Of a DNA stretch of 64,000 bases, positions 9,213 to 19,251 are shown one piece after another (position 1 is the stretch's first letter; every line of letters starts with the position of its first letter). The stretch lies in contig JAVJQW010000017.1 of NCBI GenBank assembly GCA_040218735.1, forward strand, positions 288,001-352,000, in the 5' to 3' direction. The position numbers and the translations under genes are program-made. Source of the stretch: Deltaproteobacteria bacterium. Lineage in GTDB: Bacteria > Myxococcota > Kuafuiibacteriia > Kuafuiibacteriales > Kuafuiibacteriaceae. Under the pieces are notes generated by a model. It saw only the letters and a program-made list of their open reading frames with translations. It was not told where the DNA came from and made no database searches.

Positions 9213-10499
9213 CTAACGCGCCGTCACGAGCATGTTCGCGACGCACATCTCGTCGCCGGTGCCTTCACCCCAATTCACGTCGACCGGCTCCTGTCCGCGG
9301 TCCTGGTTCGCCGCCGAGTTGTCGAAGGTGCAGTTCAACATCAGCGCGTCGCCGTCCAGGACTTCGAGCGGCTCCGACAACACGTACTGGCGCTGCCAGT
9401 TGAAGTCCCAGTTCTGAATGTTGAGGAAGTTCGTCTCGAACCCGCGCCGCACGCGCGACACACGTCCGACCTCGCCGAGCTGGTGCATGTGGAACATCAC
9501 CGCGTGCACCTCGAACCCATCGTCGAACGGGAGCGTCTCGCCCGCGACGAGATCGAAGAAGCCCCGCGGGTCCTCCTCGATCTCGTGCTCGACCGCAGAC
9601 TCACCCGCGGGGATCTGCATGAAACCGAGCGGCCACGACACGTCGAGGAACGGCGCGTACCAACCTTCGCGCTCCACCGAGTCCTCGAGCGAGAAGACCA
9701 ACCGACTCTGGTCCGGCGCCGGGTCGTCGCCGACCACGTTGTAGTGCATCTGGATCACCACGGTGGACCCCGGCTTCACGCGGATGCCGATGCCGTTCGG
9801 GTACACGTTGCCGCTCTGCCCCGGCAGCCACGCGCCCAGCTGCACGATCGGGATCGCTTCGCGCCCGCCCGACGGTCCGCCGAAGCACTCGTAACCCGGG
9901 CGCTCGTCTTCCTCGTTCCAGACGAACGGCTTCTCCGCATTCTCCGGCGGCAGGATGAACACGCCGACGTGGTGCACGATCTCCAAGTTCCCCGGCATCA
10001 CCGACAGCGCCGTCACGAACTTGTCCGCGGTCTCCGTCCACCGCACCGGGAAACAACGGTAGTCGTCGGGCCGCCCCGTCGGGACGTACGGTTCGGGGAG
10101 CTGCAGCTCCAGGTCGACGCCCGGGAACGCGGGCTCGGTCGGCGGGAGCGCGTCTCCCGGCGACGACGCGTCACCCATCTCCATCCCTTGATCGACCCAG
10201 TCGACGATCGTCTGGATCTGCGCGTCGGTGAGCGAGACGTCTCCGTCGTAGGTCACGTCGGACGGACCGGCCGACCACGGCGGCATCTGACGCGACGTCA
10301 CCGCCATCGCCACCGCGGGACCGAACGCCTTCACCTTCTCGAAGTCGTCGAGCCCGAACGGCGCGATCGCCCCCTCGGCGTGGCAGCTCGTGCAACGCCC
10401 CTCGACGATCGGGCGGACATCCCGGTAGTACGTCGGTGCCCCCTCGGAGCACGCGACGAGCGCGAGGGCGGCCACCGGGACCAACGATGAACGGGACAC
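9213..10499 (-). CDS. Copper type II ascorbate-dependent monooxygenase-like lipoprotein with an N-terminal cytochrome c motif
   Basis: LVAC lipobox, CTSCH heme motif and copper-ligand motifs HH, QMHYN, HMH and DEMC. Confidence 0.8.
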   Translation of the reverse strand: MSRSSLVPVAALALVACSEGAPTYYRDVRPIVEGRCTSCHAEGAIAPFGLDDFEKVKAFGPAVAMAVTSRQMPPWSAGPSDVTYDGDVSLTDAQIQTIVDWVDQGMEMGDASSPGDALPPTEPAFPGVDLELQLPEPYVPTGRPDDYRCFPVRWTETADKFVTALSVMPGNLEIVHHVGVFILPPENAEKPFVWNEEDERPGYECFGGPSGGREAIPIVQLGAWLPGQSGNVYPNGIGIRVKPGSTVVIQMHYNVVGDDPAPDQSRLVFSLEDSVEREGWYAPFLDVSWPLGFMQIPAGESAVEHEIEEDPRGFFDLVAGETLPFDDGFEVHAVMFHMHQLGEVGRVSRVRRGFETNFLNIQNWDFNWQRQYVLSEPLEVLDGDALMLNCTFDNSAANQDRGQEPVDVNWGEGTGDEMCVANMLVTAR

Positions 10500-10549
10500 G
10501 GGCGGGAGCTTGCCGGGGCTGGCAAGACCTGAACACCGGTCGACGATCG

Positions 10550-11059
10550 GTGCTCCCGATCCTGCTGACCCTCGCCGCGTGCTCCGGAAACTCCGCGCCC
10601 CCCGAGCCCGTCGCGCTGATCGATCACGCCGCCTGGGTGACGGGGCGCGTCGAGGTCGATCCACAAGGCCTGCACGCGCCGGATCCGATCACCTGCGCGG
10701 CCGGCACCTACCACGTGGACGGGCTCCCGCCGTTCGAGACCTTCGAGGTCACTACGGGCGACTGCAACTTCCTCACGGCCTCCCAACGGACGCTCGCCCC
10801 CGTCGAAGCCGGCGACGCGCTCCGCCTGATCGTCTGGCACCTCGACCTCGACGCGACGCTCCCCGGCCCCGCGCACGCCGCAATCTCGATCGACGGCGAC
10901 ATCCTCTGGGAGCTGAACGTCGACGTCCCGTCGGACGCGGCGCTCTACGATGTCCGAATCGACGCTCCACGTGCGTTCACCCGGGACGCCGACATCGTCT
11001 TCCACGTGCACAACCACGGCACGAACGAGTGGAACATCCAGACCGTCGAGCGGCGCTGA
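10550..11059 (+). CDS. Hypothetical lipoprotein (HVHNHG motif)
   Basis: LAAC lipobox; His-rich C-terminal motif; divergent from the monooxygenase. Confidence 0.6.
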   Translation: MLPILLTLAACSGNSAPPEPVALIDHAAWVTGRVEVDPQGLHAPDPITCAAGTYHVDGLPPFETFEVTTGDCNFLTASQRTLAPVEAGDALRLIVWHLDLDATLPGPAHAAISIDGDILWELNVDVPSDAALYDVRIDAPRAFTRDADIVFHVHNHGTNEWNIQTVERR

Positions 11060-11109
11060 TTTTCGCGCGGACCTTGAATCTTGGCGCCGTAGTCCGGCAC
11101 AACTCGAAT

Positions 11110-14004
11110 GTGCTCCGCCGGCTCGCTCCCCTGCTCGTCCTCGTCACCGGGTGTGACTGCGGCGCGGGGACCTTCGCGAACGTCTACCCCGACATTCGTG
11201 TCCACCCCGAGATGATCGACTTCGGTGAGGTTCGGATCGGTGAGGACGCCCGAATCGTCACCGTCGGCGTCGCAAACGCCGGCACCGCTACGCTCCACGT
11301 GGCCGCGGTGCAACGCGCGGAGGGCACCAGCGATGTGCTGACGTTCGACACCGCGGGCTTCGACGTCGCGATCGACGCGCAGCACGACCGCGAGGTGACG
11401 CTGACGCCGCTCGAAGTCGGCGTCGTCACCGGCGCGCTGATCATCGTGTCCGACGATGCCGACCAACCCGAAGTCACCGTCCCGATCCAAGGCACGATCC
11501 TCCCCGCCGCGGGGCCGCGGCTGTCGATGTGCGTCGAAGCGGAAGGCCTCGACCGCACCTGCGGCGCGGACCTGATCGCGGAGCTTGGCGAGGTCCTCTT
11601 GGGCACCTCGCGGGAGGCGAAGGTCACCTTCGTCAGCGAGGGGACGGAGCCCCTCACGGTCGCCGCCGCGCTCGCGGGATCCAGCCACGCGAGCTACTCG
11701 GCGTCGGAGCTCGTCACGACCCTCGCCCCCTCCGAGACCGCGACGCTCGCGGTGACGTTCGCACCGGTCGACACCGGACTGGAGCGCGCTCAGCTCGTCG
11801 TCGAGACCAACGATCCCAACGCCGTCTTCACACAGATCCGGTTCCGCGGGACCGGGGTCGAGACGGGGCTCTGCGCCAACGCCGAGTCGCTCGACTTCGG
11901 GTCCGTCGAGATCGGTGACTACGCGGAGCGGCAACTCACGATCGAAAACTGCGGTGCCGCCCCCATCACGCTCGCGGCGCTCGACGTGCTCGACGCCGAC
12001 GTGTTCACGATCGAGCGGAGCGACGCGCTCCCACTTCGGCTCGAGGTCGGCGCGACCACCGAGGTCACGGTGCGCTACGCGCCCACCGACGGCCAACCCG
12101 ACAGCGGACGGCTCCGGATCACCTCGGAGGGCCCTAGCGTCTTCGTCACGCTGGAAGGCCGGCCGGATGCGTGCACCCTCGTCGCGCTCCCCTCGCAGAT
12201 CGACTTCGGCACGACCAACGTCGCGACCGCTGAGGGGCGCACGCTGGTCCTCGCCAACACGGGGACGCGCGTGTGTGAGATCCTCGCCTTCACCTTCAGC
12301 TCGACGACGAGCACGGAGTTCTCCGCGTCGTTCCTCCCGGAGGTGCCGCGCGCGGTTGATCCAGGCGGCACCGAGACCGTCGAGCTTCGCTACGCACCGG
12401 TCGACCTCGGCGTCGACAACGGCGCGTTGATCGTCACGACCAACGCCGGAGACGTCGTGGTCGACATCCTGGGTGACAGCCGCAACGCGAGTGGCTGCAC
12501 ACTCCTCGCGACGCCGAACACACTCAACTTCGGTGCGGTGGCCCACGGGTCCTCGTCGCTCATGGGCTTTTCGGTGCTGAACGTCGGCGTCGACTTCTGC
12601 CGAATCGTCACCGTGACGATGGACGCCGGTTCGTCGCCGGACTTCGCCCTCGAGGGTCTCATGATCCCGCGTGGGCTCAATCCTCAGGAGCAGACGTCCG
12701 TGATGGTGCGGTACACGCCCACCGTGTCGTCGGCGACCGGGACGGTGCTCATCGCCGGGCCAGCGGGGACGCAGCGGGTCCAAGTCACGGGGACCGGCAC
12801 CGGCGCGCGGCTGTGTGTTCAACCCAACCCGATCGTGTTCGGCACACGACCATCGAGTTCGGTGACTTCGCGCGCCGTCGATCTCACGGCGTGCGGTTCA
12901 CAGGACGTCGTGGTCTCGGCGTTGTCGCTTCCCGCGCCGACGACCCCCGAGCTATCCATCTACATGCCGCCGACGATGCCGTTCACGATCACGGCAGGAC
13001 AGTCACGCCCGATCGAGCTCCGCTACGCCGGGACGAACGAGGGCCGCGACGACGGGCTGCTCCAGGTCGACAGCAACGACGCCATCGCGCCTTCGCAGCA
13101 GCTCGACATCATCGCCCACACTTCGGCGGCGCCGTGCGGCGACATCCAGGGGCGCATCTGCGATCTCTCGCAGTCCGGGCCGGTCGTCGGCGCGCTCGTC
13201 TACGTCGACACGCCGGGCGGCCGGATCCAGACGACCACGAACGCCAACGGCGACTACGTCCTGACGTGTGTCCCCGTCGGTGGGCACACCGTGCACGCCG
13301 AGAAGGGGCAGTGGAGCGTGTCGTCCTCAGCGGTGGTCGACGCCTACGTCACCACGGTGCTCCCGGGGCAACAGTGTCTCGAGCCGACGAGCGCAAACGT
13401 CGCGGTCATTCACGGCGCGTACGACAACATCGAGAACATCCTGGCGACGAACGGCGTGCCCTACGACTTCTACATGGACGCGGCCACGCTGGTCGGGAAC
13501 CCGACGCTCCTCGGTACCTACGACATCCTCTTCATCAACTGCGGCTGGGACGAGACCATCGGGCTGACCCCACCCCACCGCGCGAACATCGAGGCGTTCG
13601 TCGACGGCGGCGGCTCGCTGTACACGTCCGACTACGCGTACGACGTCATCGAGATGATCTGGCCCGACGCGATCGACTTCTACGGAGACGACACCGTACA
13701 GAACGCCGCGCAGGCCGCGACGTTCTTCCGAGGCTACGTCGGTATCGTTCACCCCGGGCTGTCGATAGCGCTCAACCACCCCTCCCAGATCTACATCGAC
13801 GCGAGCTACGTCGGGACCGTCTCGGCCGGTCCGGGCACGACCGTGTACCTCGAAGGACCACGCCCCGGCGTGGGCCCCGCGAGCCCGTTCATGGTGAGCT
13901 TCACGCCGAGCCCGACGTCGGGGCGTGTCTTCAGCACCGACTTCCACAACAACGGCGTCGGCGCGATCGCAGCCGTGTTCGACTGGCTGCTGTTGAACCT
14001 CTGA
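11110..14004 (+). CDS. Surface lipoprotein with tandem ASH/choice-of-anchor D Ig-like domains, a carboxypeptidase-regulatory-like domain and a C-terminal alpha/beta domain
   Basis: VTGCDC lipobox; about six repeats of 'IDFG..V....N.G...L.....P...G.L.V.SND'. Confidence 0.75.
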   Translation: MLRRLAPLLVLVTGCDCGAGTFANVYPDIRVHPEMIDFGEVRIGEDARIVTVGVANAGTATLHVAAVQRAEGTSDVLTFDTAGFDVAIDAQHDREVTLTPLEVGVVTGALIIVSDDADQPEVTVPIQGTILPAAGPRLSMCVEAEGLDRTCGADLIAELGEVLLGTSREAKVTFVSEGTEPLTVAAALAGSSHASYSASELVTTLAPSETATLAVTFAPVDTGLERAQLVVETNDPNAVFTQIRFRGTGVETGLCANAESLDFGSVEIGDYAERQLTIENCGAAPITLAALDVLDADVFTIERSDALPLRLEVGATTEVTVRYAPTDGQPDSGRLRITSEGPSVFVTLEGRPDACTLVALPSQIDFGTTNVATAEGRTLVLANTGTRVCEILAFTFSSTTSTEFSASFLPEVPRAVDPGGTETVELRYAPVDLGVDNGALIVTTNAGDVVVDILGDSRNASGCTLLATPNTLNFGAVAHGSSSLMGFSVLNVGVDFCRIVTVTMDAGSSPDFALEGLMIPRGLNPQEQTSVMVRYTPTVSSATGTVLIAGPAGTQRVQVTGTGTGARLCVQPNPIVFGTRPSSSVTSRAVDLTACGSQDVVVSALSLPAPTTPELSIYMPPTMPFTITAGQSRPIELRYAGTNEGRDDGLLQVDSNDAIAPSQQLDIIAHTSAAPCGDIQGRICDLSQSGPVVGALVYVDTPGGRIQTTTNANGDYVLTCVPVGGHTVHAEKGQWSVSSSAVVDAYVTTVLPGQQCLEPTSANVAVIHGAYDNIENILATNGVPYDFYMDAATLVGNPTLLGTYDILFINCGWDETIGLTPPHRANIEAFVDGGGSLYTSDYAYDVIEMIWPDAIDFYGDDTVQNAAQAATFFRGYVGIVHPGLSIALNHPSQIYIDASYVGTVSAGPGTTVYLEGPRPGVGPASPFMVSFTPSPTSGRVFSTDFHNNGVGAIAAVFDWLLLNL

Positions 14005-14412
14005 TCAGTGCGTGATCGTCGGCTCGGTGTTCTTCGCCTCGTCGATCCAACCCTGAACGACCGACGCCGCCGGCGTCGCGTTCGCGAGGTTCTTCTCGGC
14101 GTTCACTTCCTTCATCTTCGCGGCGAGGTTCTCGGCGTTGCGGTGGCGCAGCTCCTTCACGGTGTCGACGCCGGAGGCCTCGAGCAGCTCGGAGTACTGC
14201 GGGCCGATGCCGTCGATGCGCATGAGGTCGGCGAGGTTCGCCCACGTGAGGATGCGCTTCTCGGAGATGTCGGTCTTCTCCGCGATCGCCTTGCGGCCCT
14301 TCGCGTCCGCGCAGTGCGCGAGGAAGTCGTCCGTGGTCTTGATGCCCGCGGCCGCGAGCTTCTCGCCGTACGCGGGTCCGATGCCTTCGATTTCTTCGAT
14401 CTTGTACGTCAT
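14005..14412 (-). CDS. DUF4332 helix-hairpin-helix protein
   Basis: IEEIEGIGPAYGEKL and ADLMRIDGIGPQYSELLEASGVDTVKEL; GGAGG RBS. Confidence 0.85.
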   Translation of the reverse strand: MTYKIEEIEGIGPAYGEKLAAAGIKTTDDFLAHCADAKGRKAIAEKTDISEKRILTWANLADLMRIDGIGPQYSELLEASGVDTVKELRHRNAENLAAKMKEVNAEKNLANATPAASVVQGWIDEAKNTEPTITH

Positions 14413-14457
14413 TCGATAGTCCTCCAGGGCGGGTTGGATAGCGGTATGCTGCGCGCC

Positions 14458-15261
14458 ATGCAACCACCCCTCGACGGCACCGTCGTCATCACCGGCGCCT
14501 CGTCGGGCATCGGGCGCGAGATGGCGCGACAGCTCGCGTCGACGGCGAAGCGCCTCGTGCTGGTCGCGCGACGCGCGGACCGATTGGAGGCGCTCGCTGA
14601 CGAGCTGCGTCGTGACGACCTCGTCGTCGATGTCGAAGCGGTCGATCTCGCCGATCTCGAAGCGACCGAAGCGCTCGCGGTGCGCCTCCTCGAGCGCGGC
14701 GTCGACGTCCTGATCAACAACGCGGGCCTCGGCGACATGGCGCTGTACGACCAGTGCGAGTGGGAGCGCATCACCCGCATGAACCGCGTGAACGTCGACG
14801 CGCTGATGCTCCTGACCCACCGCCTCCTCCCGCCGATGGTCGCGAAGGGCAGCGGCGGCATCCTGAACGTCAGCTCGGGGTTCGGGATGACGCCGATGCC
14901 GGTGATGTCCACCTACGTCGCGACGAAGCACTACGTCACCGCATTCACCGAGTCGCTCCGCATGGAGATGGCCGGGACGGGCGTCATCGTGTCGCAGGTC
15001 TGTCCGGGGCCGGTCGCGACGGAGTTCGAGCAGGTGGCCGGCAACCCGTTCGACATGTCGACCCCCAAGGCCATCACCCTGACCCCCGAGGCGTGCGCCC
15101 GCGCCGCGCTGGCGGGGTTTCGACGCCGAAAGGCGCTGATCGTGCCCGGCTTCGTCATGGGCGTGGTGATGGCGATGGGCCGCATGACCCCCCGCTGGGT
15201 GTTCCGCGCCATGTACGGCCCGTTGGGCCGAGCGGCCCGTAAACGCTTGGCCTCCGGCTGA
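14458..15261 (+). CDS. Short-chain dehydrogenase/reductase
   Basis: TGASSGIG, NNAG and YVATK motifs. Confidence 0.92.
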   Translation: MQPPLDGTVVITGASSGIGREMARQLASTAKRLVLVARRADRLEALADELRRDDLVVDVEAVDLADLEATEALAVRLLERGVDVLINNAGLGDMALYDQCEWERITRMNRVNVDALMLLTHRLLPPMVAKGSGGILNVSSGFGMTPMPVMSTYVATKHYVTAFTESLRMEMAGTGVIVSQVCPGPVATEFEQVAGNPFDMSTPKAITLTPEACARAALAGFRRRKALIVPGFVMGVVMAMGRMTPRWVFRAMYGPLGRAARKRLASG

Positions 15262-15299
15262 CTTGCGCCAGATCGGCCCCAGGGGTACCAACAAGGCTC

Positions 15300-16940
15300 T
15301 TGAACGCACGTCCACCACCTCCGCCGCCGGCGTCGATGGTCGATGTGTCGGCCTACACCCGGCAGTCGCGCACCTACGAGCCCAACGACCCGGAGATCCG
15401 CGGCAAGAAGGTCCGGCGGTTTCGGCTCGACGAGCTCGAGCGGTTCCCGCGCGAGGTGCGCGACATCCACCGCGCGCTGTTTCGGATCATGCCGGAGCTG
15501 GTCTTTGCGGACGACTTCGTCCCGAAGGTCCGCAAGGTGCTCCAGCAGTACACCGAGATGGACATCGACCTGTGGATGCACTCGATGCGGGTCGTCGGGC
15601 GCACCAAGCTCCGGTCCCTGATACCGGGCGCCTCGTTCATCGCGATCGTCGGGCTGCCGCCGCTGCACGAGAAGGTGCTCGTCGAGATCGATCTGAGGTT
15701 CTGCTACCGCGTCGTCGACGCCCTCCTCGGCGGGCGGGGCGTCACGGTCGACATCCACCGGCCGCTGACGGAGATCGAGCACGGCGTCTTCTCCTACCTC
15801 CTCCTCAAGGTGCTCCAGCTCTTCTACGGCGACCTCGCCAACCCCGAGCAGATGGGGGTGCGGCTCGAGGACATGCGCAACGACCTCAAGAGCTGCGCCG
15901 ACATCGTCCGGCACGACGACTTCTGGCTCGTCGCGTCGTGGAAGATGAACTTCGACCTCGACGTCGGCTACGTCCGCGCGCTGATGCCCACTTCGCTCGC
16001 GCGTAAGATCGTCGACGAGCACCCGCCGCCCGGCTCGGCGCTGCAACAGCGCATGCACGACCGCATCCGGCAGCGCATGTACCGCCTCGCCGGCGTGACG
16101 GTGGAGGCGCCGGTGGAGATCGGGCGCATCGAGCTGTCACCCGACGACGTCGAGCAGCTCGATCCGGGCGACATCATCCTCCTCGAGAACTGCAGCGTGC
16201 AGCTGTCCGAGGAGGGGGTGTACGGGACGGCGGTGATGACCGTCGGGCTCGGTGACAACGGCGTCATCCACGGCAACGTCGGAGCGGGCGGGCACTACGG
16301 CAACCTCGTCTTCGAGGTGACGCAGCTCGAGATGCGTCCGCAACCCAAAGAGCACGACCCCCAAATCATTCACGGAGAGCACGGGAACCCAGAAGAGGTC
16401 ATGGCCGAATACGAAGCACCGCCCCCCGGTGAAGAGGGGTACGAAGAGGACTACTACGACGAAGCCGACGACGGCTCGACGACGCCGGACGACGTGCTCG
16501 ACGAGGACTGGGGCATCGACGACGAGGACCACGGCGAGGACGAAGAGTACGGCGACTACGAAGAGGGCTACGAGGAAGGGTACGAAGAGGGCTACGCCGA
16601 AGAGGGGTACGAAGAAGGCTACGCCGAAGACGGCCAGCAGCAGGAGTACTACGACGAGGCGAACGCCGAGGACGTGCCGATCGACGACTCCGACAACCTC
16701 ATGGAGGCGGAGCCGCTCCTCGGGGACATGCCGATTCACGTCGTCGTGGAGCTCGGACGCGTTCAGCTGACGGCAGACGAGGTCATTCGCCTCCGCGCCG
16801 GTCAGCTGATGGAGCTCGGACGCTCGCCCGCGGATCCCGTAGACTTGGTCGTGAACGGCAAGCTCCTCGCGAAGGGTGAGCTCGTCGAGATCGAGGGCGC
16901 GCTGGGCGTGAAGATCCTCAACCTCGTGAAGGAGACGTGA
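15300..16940 (+). CDS. sctQ: T3SS cytoplasmic ring protein SctQ (FliM/FliN-like) with an acidic insertion
   Basis: FliM-like RPLTEIE; two SpoA domains (LDPGDIILL; VDLVVNGKLLAKGELVEIEGALGVKI). Confidence 0.88.
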   Translation: MNARPPPPPPASMVDVSAYTRQSRTYEPNDPEIRGKKVRRFRLDELERFPREVRDIHRALFRIMPELVFADDFVPKVRKVLQQYTEMDIDLWMHSMRVVGRTKLRSLIPGASFIAIVGLPPLHEKVLVEIDLRFCYRVVDALLGGRGVTVDIHRPLTEIEHGVFSYLLLKVLQLFYGDLANPEQMGVRLEDMRNDLKSCADIVRHDDFWLVASWKMNFDLDVGYVRALMPTSLARKIVDEHPPPGSALQQRMHDRIRQRMYRLAGVTVEAPVEIGRIELSPDDVEQLDPGDIILLENCSVQLSEEGVYGTAVMTVGLGDNGVIHGNVGAGGHYGNLVFEVTQLEMRPQPKEHDPQIIHGEHGNPEEVMAEYEAPPPGEEGYEEDYYDEADDGSTTPDDVLDEDWGIDDEDHGEDEEYGDYEEGYEEGYEEGYAEEGYEEGYAEDGQQQEYYDEANAEDVPIDDSDNLMEAEPLLGDMPIHVVVELGRVQLTADEVIRLRAGQLMELGRSPADPVDLVVNGKLLAKGELVEIEGALGVKILNLVKET

Positions 16941-17521
16941 TGAAGACGCGCGCTGCTCTGCTCTGCCTGTCGCTGTCGCTGGTGTGGACCGCACCGGTGT
17001 TCGCTCAGGCCGACGGAACAGCGAACGGGACGGCGCCGTCCACCGTCGCGGCCGAGGTGCCCGACGCGGCCGGGGACCCGTCGATGGATCCGGAGTTCGC
17101 CGCCGCGCTCGCGGAGGCGGAGAGCGCCGACGTCGAGAAGACCAGCACCGCGGACGCGACCGAAATGTTCGGCGCATTGGTCCAGATGGTGTTGGTCCTG
17201 GCGGTGGTGTGCGCCCTCGCCTATCTGTTGCTCGGCAAGGTGTTGCCGAAGCTCATGCGCGTGCAGACGCCGACGGCGCCGCACCGCATGTTGGAGGTCG
17301 TGGATCGGCTGCCGCTCGATCCGCGCCGTTCGATCATGGTCATCAAGCTCGGCGAGCGCTTCTTCCTGGTAGGCGCGACCGAGCAAGGCATCAATCTCCT
17401 CTCACGCCTGGAGACGGAAGAGGTGGAGGACGCGCTGGCCTCGGCGGCCGCCCGGCGCGACTCGACATCCCTCTCCCGCTTCGCGGGCAACCTTCTTTCA
17501 CGTACGAGGAAGGAGTCCTGA
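16937..17521 (+). CDS. fliO: FliO-like protein
   Basis: Signal peptide, a TM helix, then LEVVDRLPLDPRRSIMVIKLGERFFLVGATEQGINLL; lies between sctQ and sctR. Confidence 0.8.
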   Translation: MMKTRAALLCLSLSLVWTAPVFAQADGTANGTAPSTVAAEVPDAAGDPSMDPEFAAALAEAESADVEKTSTADATEMFGALVQMVLVLAVVCALAYLLLGKVLPKLMRVQTPTAPHRMLEVVDRLPLDPRRSIMVIKLGERFFLVGATEQGINLLSRLETEEVEDALASAAARRDSTSLSRFAGNLLSRTRKES

Positions 17522-17522
17522 C

Positions 17523-18491
17523 GTGTTCATGAAAGCTGTGACCTCGGTGTTCGGGGAGCGGAAGAAGTCGCGCCGCGAACGCCGGCTCGCGCTGCGGAAC
17601 GAGACCCCGCGGCGGCGTTGGCGTCGACCTCGCGTCGAACCGCCGCGACCGCGACGGGGGATGCGCAACCCGCAACGCTCCGCGGCGAAGACCGCGCTGT
17701 TGTTGACCGCGGCGATCTCCGCTGGGGCGATCACCGCGACGGCGTTCTCTTCGGACGCCGAAGCTCAGCAGCGTCGGCGCCGCCGGGTGAAGACCTCGGA
17801 CCTGACGCTGAAGGGTTCGGTGATCGCGCGTCCGCTGGTGCTCATCGGAGCGCTCGCGGTCCTCACGCTGCTGCCGTTCGTGATCATCATGATCACGAGC
17901 TTCGTGAAGATCTCGGTGGTGCTGTCGATCGTACGCTCGGCGATCGGTACGCAGCAGATCCCTCCGACTCAAGTCATCACGGGCCTGGCGATCATCCTGA
18001 CGGTGTACATCATGGCGCCGGTCGGCCTGGAGATTTATCGAGAATCGGAGAACCTCATCAACGAACGAAGACCGGGTTCATCGCTGGCATCTGCCGAGAC
18101 GGTCGACCTGGTGTTCGAGGCGATGCTCCAGGCGAAGGAGCCGGTGAAGGCGTTCCTGATGAAGAACAGCCACGTGAAGGATCGCGTGATGTTCTACCGG
18201 ATGGCGGTGCGGCTCCGTAAGCCGGAGGACCAGAAGGGCGTGGGGCCGGAGGACTTCATGGTCATCGTCCCCTCCTTCGTCATCTCGGAATTGAAAGAAG
18301 CCTTCCAGATCGGCTTCATCATATTCGTGCCGTTCTTGGTGATCGACATGATCGTCGCCAACATCCTCATGGCGCTCGGCATGCAGATGTTGTCACCGAC
18401 GACGATCTCACTGCCATTCAAGTTACTCCTCTTCGTGATGATCGACGGTTGGTACCTCATCACGAAGGGGCTCATCACGGGGTACATCTGA
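17523..18491 (+). CDS. sctR: T3SS export gate SctR/FliP
   Basis: TSFVKISVVLSIVRSAIGTQQIPP, SELKEAFQIGF and SLPFKLLLFVMIDGW motifs. Confidence 0.95.
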   Translation: MFMKAVTSVFGERKKSRRERRLALRNETPRRRWRRPRVEPPRPRRGMRNPQRSAAKTALLLTAAISAGAITATAFSSDAEAQQRRRRRVKTSDLTLKGSVIARPLVLIGALAVLTLLPFVIIMITSFVKISVVLSIVRSAIGTQQIPPTQVITGLAIILTVYIMAPVGLEIYRESENLINERRPGSSLASAETVDLVFEAMLQAKEPVKAFLMKNSHVKDRVMFYRMAVRLRKPEDQKGVGPEDFMVIVPSFVISELKEAFQIGFIIFVPFLVIDMIVANILMALGMQMLSPTTISLPFKLLLFVMIDGWYLITKGLITGYI

Positions 18492-18763
18492 TGGTCGAAG
18501 ACTTCATCATCCAGATCGCCAACGCCGGGATCTTGTTGACCCTGGTGATCTCCGGGCCGCCGGTGCTGTTCTCGCTGCTCGTCGGTCTGATCATCGCGCT
18601 GTTCCAGGCGGTGACGCAGGTGCAGGAGCAGTCGCTGACGTTCGTGCCGAAGGTCATCGTGGTGTTCGGGACGCTCGCGGTGATGGGCCAGACCCTCGGG
18701 AGCTCGATGGCGCAGTTCGGGCGCATGTGCTTCGAGGGGTTCGCCACCGTCATCGGCAACTGA
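18491..18763 (+). CDS. sctS: T3SS export gate SctS/FliQ
   Basis: GLIIALFQAVTQVQEQSLTFVPK; TGATG coupling with sctR. Confidence 0.95.
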   Translation: MVEDFIIQIANAGILLTLVISGPPVLFSLLVGLIIALFQAVTQVQEQSLTFVPKVIVVFGTLAVMGQTLGSSMAQFGRMCFEGFATVIGN

Positions 18764-18765
18764 CC

Positions 18766-19251
18766 GTGCCCGTCGCTCGTCCTCTGATGGCCGCCGTGGT
18801 GAGCGCGACGATCGCGCTCGCGGCGCCGTCGTCCGCCTCGGCGCAGGTGGAGGGGGACGGGGTGATCGTGACGACGGCGGTGCTCGGGACCATCGCCGGG
18901 ATCACCAACGCCATCGCGGTCACGGTGTACGCGGTCGAGGGCCGTGCGCTCGGGAGCGGGTGGGTGGTGAGCACGCTGTTCTCCACGGCGATCTGCGGAG
19001 CGCTCACAACTTCGTTCATCGTCGCCGCGGCGCAGAACGACGGCGTGGGTTACTCGATCGGGACGCTGTTCTACGCCCTACTCACCGTGTGGCCCGGGTA
19101 CTACGTCATCCGCTCGTCCTTGAGCGAAGCCGAGCCGGGTGAGTACTTCGACGCGGAGGTCGCGCCCGACGACACCGAGGACCCGATCTCCTCGCTCACC
19201 CCCGCGCCGCGACGCTTGCCGACGGCGTTGGCTTGGGGCTTCGAGTTCTGA
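18766..19251 (+). CDS. Hypothetical membrane protein inside the sctS-sctT junction
   Basis: Signal-like N-terminus and about three hydrophobic helices; its stop overlaps the sctT ATG. The start could be 18787. Confidence 0.6.
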   Translation: MPVARPLMAAVVSATIALAAPSSASAQVEGDGVIVTTAVLGTIAGITNAIAVTVYAVEGRALGSGWVVSTLFSTAICGALTTSFIVAAAQNDGVGYSIGTLFYALLTVWPGYYVIRSSLSEAEPGEYFDAEVAPDDTEDPISSLTPAPRRLPTALAWGFEF

